DNA from: Ostrea edulis
Lineage: Eukaryota
Length of the DNA: 64,000 nt
Direction of reading: 5' to 3'
Assembly: GCF_947568905.1 (NCBI RefSeq)
Contig: NC_079173.1
Coordinates: 31,310,001-31,374,000 of the forward strand
The position numbers and the translations under genes were made by a program. This document shows, in pieces, positions 62,897 to 64,000 of the stretch (position 1 is its first letter; every line of letters begins with the position of its first letter). Below the pieces are notes generated by a model that saw nothing but the letters and a program-made list of their open reading frames with translations, was not told where the DNA came from and did no database searches.

Positions 62897-64000
62897 ATAA
62901 ATATAAAACCGTGATAAATTATAAATAGCTCAATAACTATCTCTCTCTCTCTCTCTTTATAAATATAAAGCCATGATAAATTAAAAAAAGAAATATCTCA
63001 ATAACTCGCTCCCTTTATAAATATAAAGCTGTGATAAATTATAAATACAAATATCTCTTCTTCCCTTTTTATTTTACTATTGTAACAGTTCTCAATAACT
63101 TATTTGTGCTTTTTTGCTATTGTTTGATTTCTGATTGTGTAATTTATAATCCATGTGGTATCCGAAGTCAATGCTATCAAAACTCAGGTATACAGGGGCT
63201 TTCCTCGAGATCTAAAGACTGCCGGTCATCATTAGCCGTGATTGTTATCAAAACATCTTTCTCAGGTAGCTGTAGACCACGGTTTTGATAACAATAACAG
63301 CCAGTACCTACAGGTATTCTTTAGATTTTGAGGAAGCCCTGTGTTCGAGAGTTTTGATAGCATTGACCTGTCCACAACTGCTATTTTCTCGTAATTCAAT
63401 TTTTTAAAAAAGACCCCCGGCTACGTTCATGATTTAATATATATATATATATCATATATTTGATAAGACATGTAAAAAGCCCTACCTAATTTACGGATTA
63501 TTTTTAACAATTGTGTTTTATTTTGATTTCGCCATGTTTACATCGTTCGATAGCTACGCGTGGATTTTAAGTAAAATATTCACATCAAGGCATATTTTTT
63601 TTAAAAATATATAAATGAAGAACATTAGTAATCAATTGAATGACTGTAAATTATAAATAATGCAAATAAACAAAATGTTAACGTAATGTAGATGCGTGTA
63701 CATGCATGTCAGTATGCACGGTATGCAGTAGGCTATATCAATAAATTCCATTCGTCGTTTTCTTGTTGAACAGTTTTAATGTAAAGGAATAATATCTAAT
63801 AAAACAAATTCGTCATTGATGTAAAAAAAATATCTACCCGTACCACACTGGTATCAAACGAAGTTAAATAATAACAGGTTTCTTCACAAAAAGCTGATCT
63901 GCGAGAGATGCGATTGTCGCATATGACGTCACGGTATCACGTGACCCGCTATCTCATTAGTAGAGATTTCGAAATCAGGAAGTCGATTTGAGTCGATTGA

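Larger units (their letters stand above)
61283..64000 (+). mobile_element. Kolobok-like non-autonomous element with a THAP relic; right end probably just beyond the window
   Basis: Begins TTAA|AGGACTTGTCCC exactly where the hAT homology stops. A 20-bp perfect inverted repeat lies at 61465-61484 / 63913-63932. Confidence 0.6.

Overview
AT-rich, intron-containing eukaryotic DNA. The repeat families look like those of a bivalve mollusc, probably an oyster (inference). The window is mostly nested mobile DNA with a few host-gene pieces. The best-resolved system is an ~11.9 kb Kolobok DNA transposon (10899-22767) with TTAA target duplications and short TIRs. It carries a 10-exon THAP-DDE transposase (- strand) and a convergent 3-exon KolX gene (+ strand) whose product resembles the Zn/GDP-binding cytoplasmic ballast of P2X7. 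Each gene has only a single 1-nt frameshift, and four smaller elements sit inside the transposon. Other contents: (1) an IP6K-family inositol kinase pseudogene with a U12-type intron donor and a frameshift in its catalytic motif; (2) two opposed minimal hammerhead-ribozyme motifs in Penelope-like LTR remnants; (3) a decayed hAT transposase locus with an upstream vertnin/OTU-like domain, cut off by a Kolobok-like insertion at TTAA; (4) three APE-RT LINE copies and one L1/Tx1 fragment; (5) a 12-repeat ankyrin terminal exon and an Ig-like phase 1-1 exon; (6) SINEs, Helentron-like elements, MITEs, several mini/satellite arrays and one N gap. No CRISPR array, rRNA or bona fide tRNA gene is supported. 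All coordinates and translations were read by eye, and no database searches were run.
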